Shown: positions 1 to 11,494, counted from the stretch's first letter. The stretch is DNA of 64,000 nucleotides from Ottowia sp. (GCA_052170415.1 JBQNAO010000003.1:43400-107399), one strand, 5' to 3'. Numbers and translations: made by a program. The notes: a model not told the origin generated them from the letters alone.

Positions 1-127
1 CGGGGGTTTTTCATGGGTTTGAAAAACCCGTGTCTGATTTACGTGATCGGTTTACAAGGCAGGTGCAGGCCGGGCCGTTTATGGCGGGCTGATAATGCGG
101 CTTCGGTGTTAGGATTGTTTTTCTTGA

Positions 128-1877
<1,750 letters not shown>

Positions 1878-1885
<8 letters not shown>

Positions 1886-3107
1886 ATTTGTCTGGCGCGC
1901 CGCGCATGCCGACGGCCAAAGCGCCGAGGGGCGCACTGAGGCGGCTTCGCAAGACGAGGTGCTGCGCCAGCTGCGCGAGCGGGGGCTGACGCCCATCCGC
2001 GTGCAGGAGGCCACGGGCGATGAGGCCGCAGGCGGCGCGCTGCCCCGGCGGCGTCAGCGCGTGGATCGCGGCCCCGTGCGGCAGGCCGATGTGCTGGCGC
2101 TCACCAGCGAGCTTTCCATCATGCTGCGCGCGGGCCTGGCGCTGGATGCGGCTCTGCGCGTGCTGATCGACATGAGCCACAAGCCCAGCGTCAAGGTCAT
2201 GCTGGAGAAGGTGCTGGAAGACGTCAAGGCGGGCGCATCGCTCAGCCGTGCGCTGCTGGCCTGGCAGGCGCATTTCGGCGATTTCTATATCAACATGATT
2301 CGCTCGGGCGAGATCAGCGGGCAGATGCCCAAGGTGCTGGAGCGTCTGGCCGCGCACATGCAGCGCATGAAGGCCCTGCGCGACAGCGTGGTGTCGGCCA
2401 CGCTGTATCCGGCCATCTTGCTGCTGGTGGCCGTGCTGTCGCTGGTGGGCATGCTGGGCTTTGTGGTGCCGCAGTTTGAAAAGCTGTTCATCGATCTGGG
2501 CGACGCCCTGCCCATGCCCACGCGCATCGTCATGCTGCTGGGGCAGGGCTTCAAGCATTACGGCCTGATCGTCGCCGTGCTGGTGGCGCTGGCAGGCGGG
2601 CTGATCTGGCGCTGGCTGCGCACGCCCGCCGGGCGCGACTGGTGGCAGGCGCGCCTGATCAGCCTGCCCGTGCTGGGGCCGCTGGTGCACAAATATCAAA
2701 TCACCCTGTTCGCGCGCTCCCTGGGCACCTTGCTGGACAACGGCGTGCCGCTGCTGCCTGCGCTGCACATTTCGGTGGAAACCGTCACCCACCGCGCCTT
2801 GCGCGCCGCGCTGGCCAAAATGGCGCCGCTGGTCAAGGAAGGCTCGCGCATCGTCCCTGCCATGCGGGTGACGGGCATTTTTGAACCTTTGGCCATCAAC
2901 CTCGTCCGAGTGGGCGAAGAAACCGGCCGCGTGGGCGCCATGATGGGCGAGCTGGCCGACATCTTCGACCGCGATGTGGAAACCGGCATCAAGCGCAGCC
3001 TCACCCTGCTGGAGCCGCTGATGATCCTGGTGCTGGGTATGTTGATTGCCGCCATCATCGTTTCCATCCTGCTGGGCATCATCTCGGTCAATGACCTGGT
3101 CAAGTGA
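1878..3107 (+). CDS. gspF: Type II secretion inner-membrane platform protein GspF
   Basis: 409 aa with an internally duplicated T2SSF-like architecture and hydrophobic segments. The ATG overlaps the gspE stop by 8 nt, and AGGAGG lies upstream. Confidence 0.88.
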
Positions 3108-3131
3108 ATTTCTGAAAGGACAAACAAAGTC

Positions 3132-3569
3132 ATGCAAACCCCCACACGTTTTCGCGCCGCGCGCGCGGCTGCCGGTTTCACGCTGATCGAGCTGCTGGTG
3201 GTCATTGCCATCATTGCCCTGCTCACCGGCATCGTCGGCCCGGCCGTGATGGATCGCTTCGGCGGCGCCAAGACCAAAACGGCGCAAGTGCAAATAGGCG
3301 AAATCGAAAAATCGCTGGATGTTTACAAGCTCGACACCGGGCGCTACCCCACGACCGCCGAGGGGCTGGCCGCGCTCAATGCCAAGCCCGGCTCCGTGAC
3401 GGGCTGGAACGGCCCCTATATGAAAGGCGGCGTGCCCTCCGATCCCTGGGGCAACCCCTACCGCTATGCCAACCCCGGCCCCAGCGGCGGCATTGAAATC
3501 AGCTCGCTGGGCGCGGACAACGCACCGGGCGGCGAGGGCGAAAACGCCGACGTCAAAAACACCCGCTGA
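3132..3569 (+). CDS. gspG: Major pseudopilin GspG
   Basis: 145 aa. Prepilin leader then G|FTLIELLVVIAIIALL, and the conserved GspG tail DPWGNPYRY...LGADNAPGGEGENADV. Confidence 0.9.
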   Translation: MQTPTRFRAARAAAGFTLIELLVVIAIIALLTGIVGPAVMDRFGGAKTKTAQVQIGEIEKSLDVYKLDTGRYPTTAEGLAALNAKPGSVTGWNGPYMKGGVPSDPWGNPYRYANPGPSGGIEISSLGADNAPGGEGENADVKNTR

Positions 3570-3604
3570 CGGCGGCACGCCGCGCCAGGCCCCACAAGCG
3601 CCCC

Positions 3605-3676
3605 AAAGCCTCAACCGCCGGAAAGGCCCGTGGATACTGCGCTGGCCGCTACAAAACATGTAGCAATCTGAACATC
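3605..3676 (-). repeat. DnaA-box intergenic repeat family, copy A (degenerate, box lost) between gspG and gspH
   Basis: Reverse complement reads GATGTTCAGATTGCTACATGTTTTGTAGCGGCCAGCGCAGTATCCACGGGCCTTTCCGGCGG. Shares ...TGTTTTG(A)TAGCG...CGCAGTATCCACGGGC with copies H and G. Confidence 0.5.
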
Positions 3677-3679
3677 CCG

Positions 3680-4213
3680 ATGCTGTTTGTGCAAGCGTTT
3701 GCCGCCCCCCGTCTTCTGCCCGCCCCTCGCCCGAATGAGGGCGGGCGGGCTGCGCGCGCGTGCGGCTTCACGCTGGTGGAGCTGCTGGTGGTCTTTGCCA
3801 TCCTGGCGCTGGTGATGGCGCTTGCGCCGGCCTCGCTGGGGCGCATGTATGAAGCGGCGCAATACCGCAGCGCTGTGCGTGGCATCGTCACCGATATGCG
3901 CGCAGCCCGCATGCTTGCGCAAAGCGAGGGGCAGGAAGTGCGCTTTACGGTCAATTTGCACGAACGCACTTTCGGCCTGGAAGGCGGCCCGCGCCACACC
4001 TTGCCCGAGCCGCTGCAAATGCGCGCCATCGCCGCCCAGCAGGAAACCAGCGCCAACAGGCAGGAAATGGGCATCCGCTTTCTGCCGCGCGGCGGGGCAA
4101 CCGGCGGCAGCGTGGATGTATTGCGCCCCTCGGGCGACGGCGTGCGCCTGCGTGTGGACTGGTTTTCCGGCCGCGTGGAGCAAGAGCCAGCTACTGGGGA
4201 GGCCGCGCGATGA
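3680..4213 (+). CDS. gspH: Minor pseudopilin, GspH-like
   Basis: 177 aa with a G|FTLVELLVVFAILALV prepilin motif. Position matches gspH. The leader is unusually long, so the start is uncertain. The stop overlaps the next ATG (ATGA). Confidence 0.7.
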   Translation: MLFVQAFAAPRLLPAPRPNEGGRAARACGFTLVELLVVFAILALVMALAPASLGRMYEAAQYRSAVRGIVTDMRAARMLAQSEGQEVRFTVNLHERTFGLEGGPRHTLPEPLQMRAIAAQQETSANRQEMGIRFLPRGGATGGSVDVLRPSGDGVRLRVDWFSGRVEQEPATGEAAR

Positions 4214-4668
4214 AACCTCTGCCCGAACCGCTGCGCAAGCCCGCAAAGGCTCTGGCGCTTCAAGCGCCCGGGGCGCGGCAAAGCGGCCTTACCTTGCTGG
4301 AAGTGCTGGTGGCTTTTTCCATCATGGCGATGTCCATGGGGCTGCTCTATCAGGCGATGGGCAGCAATGTGCGGCATACGGCTGATATGGCCGAGCGTGA
4401 AAAGGCCGCCCTGCTGGCCGAATCCCTGCTGGCCATGCACGAGCTGGTGCCGCCGCAAGGCGTCAATGAATCGGGCCAATCCGCCGCCTATCAATGGACG
4501 CTGCGCAGCGTGCCCCATCCCACGCCGCTGAATGCGCAAAACCCGGCTGCCGCCGCCCTGCACGAATTGCAAGTGAGTGTGCGCTGGGGGCAGGATGCGC
4601 CCCGCGAGCTGACCTTGAGCACCTTGCGGCCGCAGCGCCTGCTTCAGCCGGGCGAGAGGCTGCGATGA
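4210..4668 (+). CDS. gspI: Minor pseudopilin, GspI-like
   Basis: 152 aa with a G|LTLLEVLVAFSIMAMS prepilin motif. ATGA overlaps on both sides. Confidence 0.7.
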   Translation: MKPLPEPLRKPAKALALQAPGARQSGLTLLEVLVAFSIMAMSMGLLYQAMGSNVRHTADMAEREKAALLAESLLAMHELVPPQGVNESGQSAAYQWTLRSVPHPTPLNAQNPAAAALHELQVSVRWGQDAPRELTLSTLRPQRLLQPGERLR

Positions 4669-5345
4669 AGCGCGGCTTGATGAAACGCATGGCCCCAGCG
4701 GCCCGGCTGGGGCGCGGCTTCACCCTGCTGGAAATGCTGATTGGCATGGCGCTGTTGTCCGTGCTCATGCTGGCGCTGGGCGGCGCCCTGTTTTCCGCTG
4801 CGCAAACCGAGGAGCGGCTGGACGCGCGCCTGCAAGCGGCCGAGGACTACCGGCTGATGACGGGCTTTTTGCAGGAAACGCTGGCGCAGGCTTCGTTGCA
4901 GCAAGTGAAATCCGGCGACGACTTCCGCATCTTTTTCAACGGCCAGAGCGACTCGCTCGAATGGGTGGGCAACCTGCCCGCTCGTTACGGTCTGGGCGGG
5001 CGGCACTTTCTGCGCCTGGGGCTGGAGCGAGATGCGGCCGGCGCAGGGCGGTTGGTGCTGCGCTACATCCCCTGGAGGGACACTCCCGGCGCGCTGTCGT
5101 GGCAGGCGGCGGCTGCGCAGACGCTGGCTGCGCCCGTTACGGGCCTGAGCCTGCGCTACCAGCACCCGATCAGCGGCCAGTGGCAGCCCCTGTGGCAAGA
5201 CACCAGCCAGAGGCGCGAGCGCCTGCCCTCTGCCGTGGCCCTTGCTCTTGAAGGCCCCGAGCCTGCCTGGCCCCTGCTGGCCGTAGCGATGCGCGCGCCC
5301 ATGGCATCAGATCAGGACGCGCGTTCCGAGGGCTTCGGGCCATGA
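4665..5345 (+). CDS. gspJ: Minor pseudopilin, GspJ-like
   Basis: Internal ATG at 4665 of ORF 4494..5345 gives MKRGLMKRMAPAARLGRG|FTLLEMLIGMALLSV. It overlaps the gspI stop (ATGA). Confidence 0.7.
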   Translation: MKRGLMKRMAPAARLGRGFTLLEMLIGMALLSVLMLALGGALFSAAQTEERLDARLQAAEDYRLMTGFLQETLAQASLQQVKSGDDFRIFFNGQSDSLEWVGNLPARYGLGGRHFLRLGLERDAAGAGRLVLRYIPWRDTPGALSWQAAAAQTLAAPVTGLSLRYQHPISGQWQPLWQDTSQRRERLPSAVALALEGPEPAWPLLAVAMRAPMASDQDARSEGFGP

Positions 5346-6202
5346 GAAGCGCGGGTTTTCCGAACTTGCGCTTTCGCTGCCGCGGTCTGGCTTTGGTGAT
5401 GGTGCTGTGGATCGTGGCGGCGTTGAGCCTGTTCGTGGTGGGCATGAGCCAGGCGGTGCGCCAGCAGGTCAAAACCACGGCCAGCCTTACCGAGCAAGTG
5501 CGCGCGCGTGCGCTGGCGGAAGGGGCTATCGCTCTGGCGCTACAGCGCCTCACCGTCACGCGCGACGAATCCCAGCTTTTGCGTAGCGTACCGGTGGATT
5601 ACGCCGGCGTGCAAATGCATGTGCAGGTTATGCCACTGAACGGCCTGATTGCGCTCAACGCCGCCCAGCCCGTATTGATTTCGGCCCTGCTGCAAGTGGC
5701 CGCCGGCGTGCCCGAGCCGCAGGCCAACCGTCTGGCGCATCAAGTGCTGGCCTGGCGCGCAGGCGACGCAAGCCGCGGCATCAGGGCGCGCCAGTTCGAG
5801 TCGGTGGAAGACCTGCTGCTGGTGCCGGGCATGGACTACGCCATCTACAGCCGCGTGCGTGATCTGGTTACGCCAGATGCCTTGCATGCAGCGCAAGTCA
5901 ATCCCCTGGCCGCGCCCCTGCCCGTTCTGCTGGTGCTGGCGCGAGGCAACCGCAGCGTCGCCGAGCGCATTGCCAGCCGCCGTCAGGCCGGGCAGGAAGG
6001 CGACATGGATCTAAGCGGCCTGGATGGCGCGCTGATCGCTACCGGCTCTTCTCTCTTTTACCGGGTTGCCGCCAACGTTCCCCTTGATGCAGGCAAAATG
6101 CTCGTTTTTTCGCGCGACGTCAGGTTTTCCGGGTTTGAGCGGCAAATTGCGCCCTGGCGCACCTTGCGCACGCAGTGGCGTATCGAGTCCGCCTCGCATT
6201 GA
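5342..6202 (+). CDS. gspK: Minor pseudopilin GspK-like
   Basis: 286 aa. The N-terminal hydrophobic segment GLALVMVLWIVAALSLFVV lacks the Glu5 pseudopilin signature, as in GspK. Position is after gspJ. ATGA overlap. Confidence 0.7.
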   Translation: MRSAGFPNLRFRCRGLALVMVLWIVAALSLFVVGMSQAVRQQVKTTASLTEQVRARALAEGAIALALQRLTVTRDESQLLRSVPVDYAGVQMHVQVMPLNGLIALNAAQPVLISALLQVAAGVPEPQANRLAHQVLAWRAGDASRGIRARQFESVEDLLLVPGMDYAIYSRVRDLVTPDALHAAQVNPLAAPLPVLLVLARGNRSVAERIASRRQAGQEGDMDLSGLDGALIATGSSLFYRVAANVPLDAGKMLVFSRDVRFSGFERQIAPWRTLRTQWRIESASH

Positions 6203-6233
6203 CTCGCTCCCCCTTCGTTTTGCTTTTCTGTAA

Positions 6234-7331
6234 ATGGCTTTGGCACCTTCCAGCGACCTGCGCCTGTTTGGCATTGATCTGGGCCGATGGCGGCAGCAGT
6301 GGCACGCGGCTGCGGCCCTGCTGCTGGCGCACCCGGCGCTGCGCGCGCTTACGCCCAGTGTCAGCGTTCGGCTGCACCAGGCCAGCGGGCAGCGTACATG
6401 GTGGCGCATGGCGCAGGATGAGGCCTACCCGATTACTGCCCCGGCCAACCAGCAGCCCCAGGTTAACGCCATCGAGCTTTCCGCCCAGGATGTGCTGGAG
6501 CGCAGCCTGACCCTGCCTGCGCTGCCGCCTGCCGATTTGGCCCAGGCCGTGCAGTTGGAAGTGGCGGCGCTCACCCCTTTCAAGCCTGAGCAGACTGTGT
6601 TTGGCTACCGCGTGCAGCCTGCAACCGCTGACCGAGTGCGGGTGGACTTGGCGTTGACTTCGCGCCAGCATATGGATGTGCTGCTGCTTCAGCACGCGCG
6701 AATCAGCCGTCCGGAAGTGTGGGTGCTGCCCGCAAACGGTGCATCAGGAGCGGGCGATGGCGCGCTTCAGCCCATTTGCATGCCCGTGGTGGGAAACCGG
6801 GTGCGTCTGCGCCTGGTTCAGCATGGCCGCCGCCTACGCCTGTTGCTGCTTGGCCTGGCGGGCCTGCTGCTGCTGGCGCTGGCTGTTACCCCCACGATGC
6901 AATTGCGCCAGCGTGCCTTGGCCGCCCAAAGCGCCCTGGCGGCGCTGACTGCCGAAACTGCCCCCCAGCAGGCCGTGCGCGAAACCTTGCAAATTCAGAC
7001 TGAACGCATGATCAGCTTGCACGAAGTGGCGGGCGATCAGTTGCAGGCGGTGAAGGCGCTGGCACTGGTTACTGAAGCCCTGCCCGAAACAGCGTGGATC
7101 AACCTGATGCGAGTGGAGGGCGGCAAGATGTTTATCAGCGGTTTTGCCAACGATGCAGCGGCCCTGGTGCAGGACTTGTCCAAGCGGCCGGGCGTGCATG
7201 GCGCGCGCCTGTCTTCACCGGCCGTGCGCCATGGCAACAGTACGCAAGAGAGCTTCACGATCGAGCTTCAGTTTGACGCCGCTCTGGACCGCCTGGCCCC
7301 TGCCAGTGCAGGGCAGGGGGAGGCTTCATGA
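6234..7331 (+). CDS. GspL-like assembly protein with a PilN-like periplasmic half
   Basis: 365 aa. Cytoplasmic N-half, a single TM (LRLLLLGLAGLLLLALAV), and a coiled-coil plus ferredoxin-like C-half. Operon position matches gspL/xpsL. The sequence is divergent. Confidence 0.55.
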   Translation: MALAPSSDLRLFGIDLGRWRQQWHAAAALLLAHPALRALTPSVSVRLHQASGQRTWWRMAQDEAYPITAPANQQPQVNAIELSAQDVLERSLTLPALPPADLAQAVQLEVAALTPFKPEQTVFGYRVQPATADRVRVDLALTSRQHMDVLLLQHARISRPEVWVLPANGASGAGDGALQPICMPVVGNRVRLRLVQHGRRLRLLLLGLAGLLLLALAVTPTMQLRQRALAAQSALAALTAETAPQQAVRETLQIQTERMISLHEVAGDQLQAVKALALVTEALPETAWINLMRVEGGKMFISGFANDAAALVQDLSKRPGVHGARLSSPAVRHGNSTQESFTIELQFDAALDRLAPASAGQGEAS

Positions 7332-7888
7332 GCGCCGCCTCCATGCGCCCCGAGCGCTTTTGGCTGATCTTGCTGGGCCTGCTGGTCGTCGCCGTGCTGG
7401 GCGTGGGTGCAGGGTGGGTTTATGGCAAGCACCGCTGGGCGGCGGCCCGCCTGGCTGACATCGAACCGCGTTATGCCCGCCTGGAAGGCTTGAAAAACAG
7501 CGCCCCTCGCCTGCAAGAGCTGGGCGAGCAGTTGCGCGAGCGCATGGGGCAATACGTTTATCCGGCGGGCGAAGATCCGTCCCATGCCGGCAACAGCGCC
7601 TTGCAGCAGGTGCGCGAGCGTGCCGCCAGCGCGCAGTTGAATGTCACCAGCAGCCAGGCGCTGACCGCGCGCGAGGAAGAGGGTTTTTATCGCGTGGGGC
7701 TGAATGTGCAACTGGAGGGCGATTGGGCCCGCGTGGCCGAGTTTTTGCAGTCGCTGTTTGTGATGCGCCCGGCCGTGTATCTGGAGCGCATGCAAATCAC
7801 CAGCTCGCAAGGCCACATGGAGGACGGCCCGCAAAAAGTCACCGTCACGCTCAACCTCTTTGTTTTGCAGGAGCGCCCCGAGCCATGA
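7328..7888 (+). CDS. GspM-like (PilO-like) assembly protein
   Basis: 186 aa with N-terminal TM FWLILLGLLVVAVLGVGAGWV. Follows the gspL-like gene with an ATGA overlap. Confidence 0.55.
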   Translation: MSAASMRPERFWLILLGLLVVAVLGVGAGWVYGKHRWAAARLADIEPRYARLEGLKNSAPRLQELGEQLRERMGQYVYPAGEDPSHAGNSALQQVRERAASAQLNVTSSQALTAREEEGFYRVGLNVQLEGDWARVAEFLQSLFVMRPAVYLERMQITSSQGHMEDGPQKVTVTLNLFVLQERPEP

Positions 7889-8421
7889 AACGCCCCTTTT
7901 CCTTCGTGGCGGCCGTTTTGGGTGTTTGCGTTGCGCTGGCGTTGGCGCTTGCGGCCTTGTGGGCGCAAATGGGCTGGCGTGGCGTTTGGCAGCCACCTGC
8001 CGCGCAGCCGCCGCAGCTTGATGACTTGCTGGCGAACATTCCTGCCGCCATGACAGCGGATGAAACCGTGCCTTCGGTGCTGATCGGCAGCCCGCCGTTT
8101 TTCATCAGCCGCCGCCCGCCCCCCGCCAAGGGGGCGGACGTTGCCAAGAAGGAAGACAAGCCCGAGATCGAGCTGGACAAAATCCGCTTTTACGGCATCG
8201 TCAGTGGCCCCGCGCTCAAAGCCGTGATGGCCGAGGTGCAAGGCAAGGCCCATTCGGTGCGCATTGGCGAGCAGGTGGTCGGCTGGGAGCTGGTGTCTAT
8301 CGAAGACCGAAAAATCACCTTTGCCAAAGGCGTGCAGCGCCGTGAGCTGGAACTCGCGCATGCCCACACGGCGCTCAAACCGGCGGACAAACCCGCAGAA
8401 AGTCCCGCGCCCAAGCCTTGA
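7885..8421 (+). CDS. GspC/XpsN-like protein with a PilP/HR-type domain
   Basis: Internal ATG at 7885 gives MKRPFSFVAAVLGVCVALALALAALW (TM). The C-terminal beta-rich IRFYGIVSG...AHSVRIGEQVVGWELVSIEDRKITF resembles secretin-binding HR/PilP domains. It lies just upstream of the secretin gene. Confidence 0.5.
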   Translation: MKRPFSFVAAVLGVCVALALALAALWAQMGWRGVWQPPAAQPPQLDDLLANIPAAMTADETVPSVLIGSPPFFISRRPPPAKGADVAKKEDKPEIELDKIRFYGIVSGPALKAVMAEVQGKAHSVRIGEQVVGWELVSIEDRKITFAKGVQRRELELAHAHTALKPADKPAESPAPKP

Positions 8422-8489
8422 GAGGGCTTGATTTGATGAAGGCGCGCACCTGGCTCCTTTTAATTAGTTGAACCGTTTTTTGGCTGTTT

Positions 8490-10874
8490 ATGTTTGATCC
8501 CATTTCTCCACGCACCGCCCTCTCGCTCGCGCTGGCAAGCTGGCTGGCCGCCGCCTGTGTTACGCAAGCGCCCGCCCAACCGGTCGCTGAGCCGCCTGCG
8601 AGCGAAACAAGCGCAGCCCAAACCGTGGAGGCCCCGCAAGAGCCTGCCGCCGCGCCTGCGGCCGAAAGCAGTGATCAGGCGCAGCCCCCCGAGCGCGAGC
8701 CCCTGATCGTGCGCGGCAATGATGAAATGGTGCGCGCACCCAAGAATCTGCCCCGCGTAACCGGCCCTGTCAGCGCCTTCAAATTTGAAGACGCGCCCGT
8801 GGGGGAGGTGGTGCATGTCATGTTGCGTGATTTGCTCAAGGTCGATTACGTCATCCATCCGCCGCTCAATGGCCGCGTCACGTTGGTTACACGCGGGCAG
8901 GTGTCGGCTGACAAGGCCATGAACCTGCTGGAAAGCGCCTTGCAGCTCAACGGCATCGTCATGGCCCGCGATGCCCGCGGCACCTATCACGTTGGCGCGC
9001 CCAGCGCCCTGCGCGACATCGTTTCCGCCCCCCGTATTGCAGGCGACGACCCGCTGCCCCCCGGCTACGGGGCCATCATCATTCCGCTTGAATATTTGGG
9101 CGCGGCCGAAATGGCCAACATCCTGCGCGCGCTGGCTCCGTCTGATGCCATCGTGCGCGTCGATACCTTGCGCAACATCCTCATCATGCGCGGCACCCGC
9201 GCTGAGGCCGAGGGCTGGCTTGACGTAGTCAAAACCTTCGACGTCAATTTGCTGCGCGGCATGTCGGTGGGTGTGTTTCCCTTGCAATACACCTCTCCCG
9301 CTGAAGTGCAGCATGCCTTGTCCATTCTTTCAGGGGCCGCAGGCTCTGCTGCCGCAGCCGTTGCTCCGGTGCCGGTGCCGGTGCCAGGGCGGGGTGCGGC
9401 GGCCCCAGCGCAGGCCACGCCTGCCCCAGCGCCCCTGGGCGAGAACAACCCGCTCTTTGGCGCCGTGCGCGTGATGCCGCTGGACAGCATCAATTCTGTG
9501 TTGGTCATCACCCCCCGCGCTGCATATCTGGATGAAATCAAATACTGGATCAACAAGTTTGATCGCCCCAATGCGGGCAGCAGCGAGCCCCAGCTTTTTG
9601 TTTACAAGGTCAAAAACGGCTCGTCCGAGCATCTGGCCGAATTGCTCAACGGCATCTATGGCGGCGCGGCTTCTGAATCCACATCGGGCGCATCCTCCAC
9701 GGGCGTTGCGCCGGGTTTGAGCAGCGTCTCGGGGGGCACGGCAGGCGCTTCGCGCAGCCCCTTTGGCAGTTCATTGGGGAGCTTCTCGGGCGGTTCATCG
9801 GGCAGCGTGTTTTCCGGTACCTCATCTTCCGCGAATCTGGGCGGTGGCGGCCTGTTTGGCAACCGCACCAGCGCCAACCAGGGCAATGCCGCTCAAAACG
9901 CAGCCGCCACGGTCACTGTCACGCTGGGGCAAAACGTGCGGGTGATGGCCGATCGCATCAATAACACCCTGCTCATCTACGCCACCCCGGGAGAGTTTTC
10001 GCGCATCGAGGCCACGCTCAAGCGGCTGGATGTGCAGCGCGCCCAGGTGCTGATTGAAGCCAGCATCATCGAAGTCACGCTGGGCGACGACCTGCAATAC
10101 GGCCTGCAATGGGCCTTTAAAAACAACGATGGCGAATTTGGCACGGGCCGCAATGGCCTGGGCGTGCTCAATAACGGCAGAGGCACCACAATTGGCGGCG
10201 CCTCGCTGGGCAGCACGATCAGGAATGCAGCCCAAGGCTTCAGCTACACCCTCACCAGCTCCATCGGCAACCTCACTGCCGTGCTGAACACACTGGCATC
10301 CAAATCACTGCTCAAAGTGATCTCCAGTCCATCGCTCATGGTGCTGGACAACCACACCGCTGCCATCTCCGTGGGCGATCAGCAGCCCGTCAACACCGGC
10401 ACCACCATCAGCAGCAGCGGCACCATTGCCACCACCAACAACATTCAATACAAAGATACCGGCGTGATGCTCAACGTCACCCCTTCGGTGAATGCGGGCG
10501 ATCTCGTCACGATGGAAATCGAGCAGACCATCACCGATATCGGCCGCCAGGACGATGTAACCGGCCAGCGCAGCTTCATGCAGCGGCAAATTGCCTCCAA
10601 AGTCGCTGTTCGATCGGGCGAAACCCTGGTGCTCGGCGGTCTGATTAAAAACAACCAGTCCCAGGGCTCGTCCGGTCTGCCTCTGCTCTCGTCCATTCCT
10701 GTTCTTGGTGGCCTGTTTGGCTCGCAGAACAAGTCAGATTCCCGCACCGAGCTTCTGGTTGTCATCACCCCCCGCGTATTGCGCTCTGATGAAGATGCTC
10801 GCGCCGTCAGCCGTGAAATGCGCGATCGCATGCGGGGCCTGAGTTTGGGCGACGCCAGTCTGCCCCATCCCTGA
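8490..10874 (+). CDS. gspD: Secretin GspD/XpsD, probably lipidated, with low-complexity inserts
   Basis: 794 aa. N-domains (GNDEMVRAP..., TYHV, VIIPLEYLGAAEMANIL, NILIMRGT), and a C-terminal secretin core (VISSPSLMVLDNHTAAISVGDQQPV...LLVVITPRVL). The N-terminus ends in ...ASWLAAAC. Confidence 0.88.
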   Translation: MFDPISPRTALSLALASWLAAACVTQAPAQPVAEPPASETSAAQTVEAPQEPAAAPAAESSDQAQPPEREPLIVRGNDEMVRAPKNLPRVTGPVSAFKFEDAPVGEVVHVMLRDLLKVDYVIHPPLNGRVTLVTRGQVSADKAMNLLESALQLNGIVMARDARGTYHVGAPSALRDIVSAPRIAGDDPLPPGYGAIIIPLEYLGAAEMANILRALAPSDAIVRVDTLRNILIMRGTRAEAEGWLDVVKTFDVNLLRGMSVGVFPLQYTSPAEVQHALSILSGAAGSAAAAVAPVPVPVPGRGAAAPAQATPAPAPLGENNPLFGAVRVMPLDSINSVLVITPRAAYLDEIKYWINKFDRPNAGSSEPQLFVYKVKNGSSEHLAELLNGIYGGAASESTSGASSTGVAPGLSSVSGGTAGASRSPFGSSLGSFSGGSSGSVFSGTSSSANLGGGGLFGNRTSANQGNAAQNAAATVTVTLGQNVRVMADRINNTLLIYATPGEFSRIEATLKRLDVQRAQVLIEASIIEVTLGDDLQYGLQWAFKNNDGEFGTGRNGLGVLNNGRGTTIGGASLGSTIRNAAQGFSYTLTSSIGNLTAVLNTLASKSLLKVISSPSLMVLDNHTAAISVGDQQPVNTGTTISSSGTIATTNNIQYKDTGVMLNVTPSVNAGDLVTMEIEQTITDIGRQDDVTGQRSFMQRQIASKVAVRSGETLVLGGLIKNNQSQGSSGLPLLSSIPVLGGLFGSQNKSDSRTELLVVITPRVLRSDEDARAVSREMRDRMRGLSLGDASLPHP

Positions 10875-10899
10875 TTACTGATCTGAAAAGGAGAAACCC

Positions 10900-11445
10900 A
10901 TGTCTTTATTGAGATTCCCGCGAGCAAACGCCGCGCTGTGCCTGGGCGTGGCCTTGACCTTGGCCGGCTGCGCATCCGTGCAGGAAAGCGGCCGCCCGGA
11001 GCAAGTGGTACAGGCCCGCGCCGAGGCCCGCTGGGCCGCCCTGCTCAAGGCAGACTTTGAAAAAGCCTGGGAATATACCCGCCCTGAATACCGCCAGAAA
11101 GTGGAGCAGGCCAACTACCGCAATCAATTCGGCAACCCCGGGGTGTGGAAGCGGGCGGAAGTGGTTAAGGTTGCCTGCCCGGCTGCCAGCCAGTGCCTGG
11201 CCACCATCAGGCTGACGACGCAAACCATTGCACCGGGCTTTATTGCCACCCTTCCTGAAACCACCACTCACTACGAAGAGGAATGGGTGCGTGAAGAGGG
11301 GCGCTGGTGGTATGGCGACATCCATACTTTTAAAGCCCAGAGTATCTTGAGCGAAGAGCCTGCGGCGCAAGCCGTGGAAAAAACCGATGCGCCTGCCGCC
11401 GCAGCGCAAGAGCAAAAGCAACCGGCTGGCGCTCCCGCGCACTAA
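10900..11445 (+). CDS. Lipoprotein, NTF2/SnoaL-like fold predicted, with an acidic Ala-rich tail
   Basis: 181 aa. Signal plus lipobox LTLAGC. AAAAGGAGA Shine-Dalgarno. Starts 25 nt after gspD. Confidence 0.6.
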   Translation: MSLLRFPRANAALCLGVALTLAGCASVQESGRPEQVVQARAEARWAALLKADFEKAWEYTRPEYRQKVEQANYRNQFGNPGVWKRAEVVKVACPAASQCLATIRLTTQTIAPGFIATLPETTTHYEEEWVREEGRWWYGDIHTFKAQSILSEEPAAQAVEKTDAPAAAAQEQKQPAGAPAH

Positions 11446-11494
11446 GTCTGTTGCAAAAATGTCAAGCGCAGCCGGATTTTTCGCAAACTCGAAC

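Noticed and set aside
4-29. The hairpin GGGTTTTT-N10-AAAAACCC at the window edge as a terminator.
   Set aside because: The stem is weak and A/T-rich, no T-run follows it, and the upstream gene is outside the window.
9645-9900. The Gly/Ser-rich stretch as a separate gene or a DNA-level tandem repeat.
   Set aside because: It is in frame within gspD between recognisable secretin N-domains and the C-domain. The nucleotide sequence is not a precise tandem repeat.
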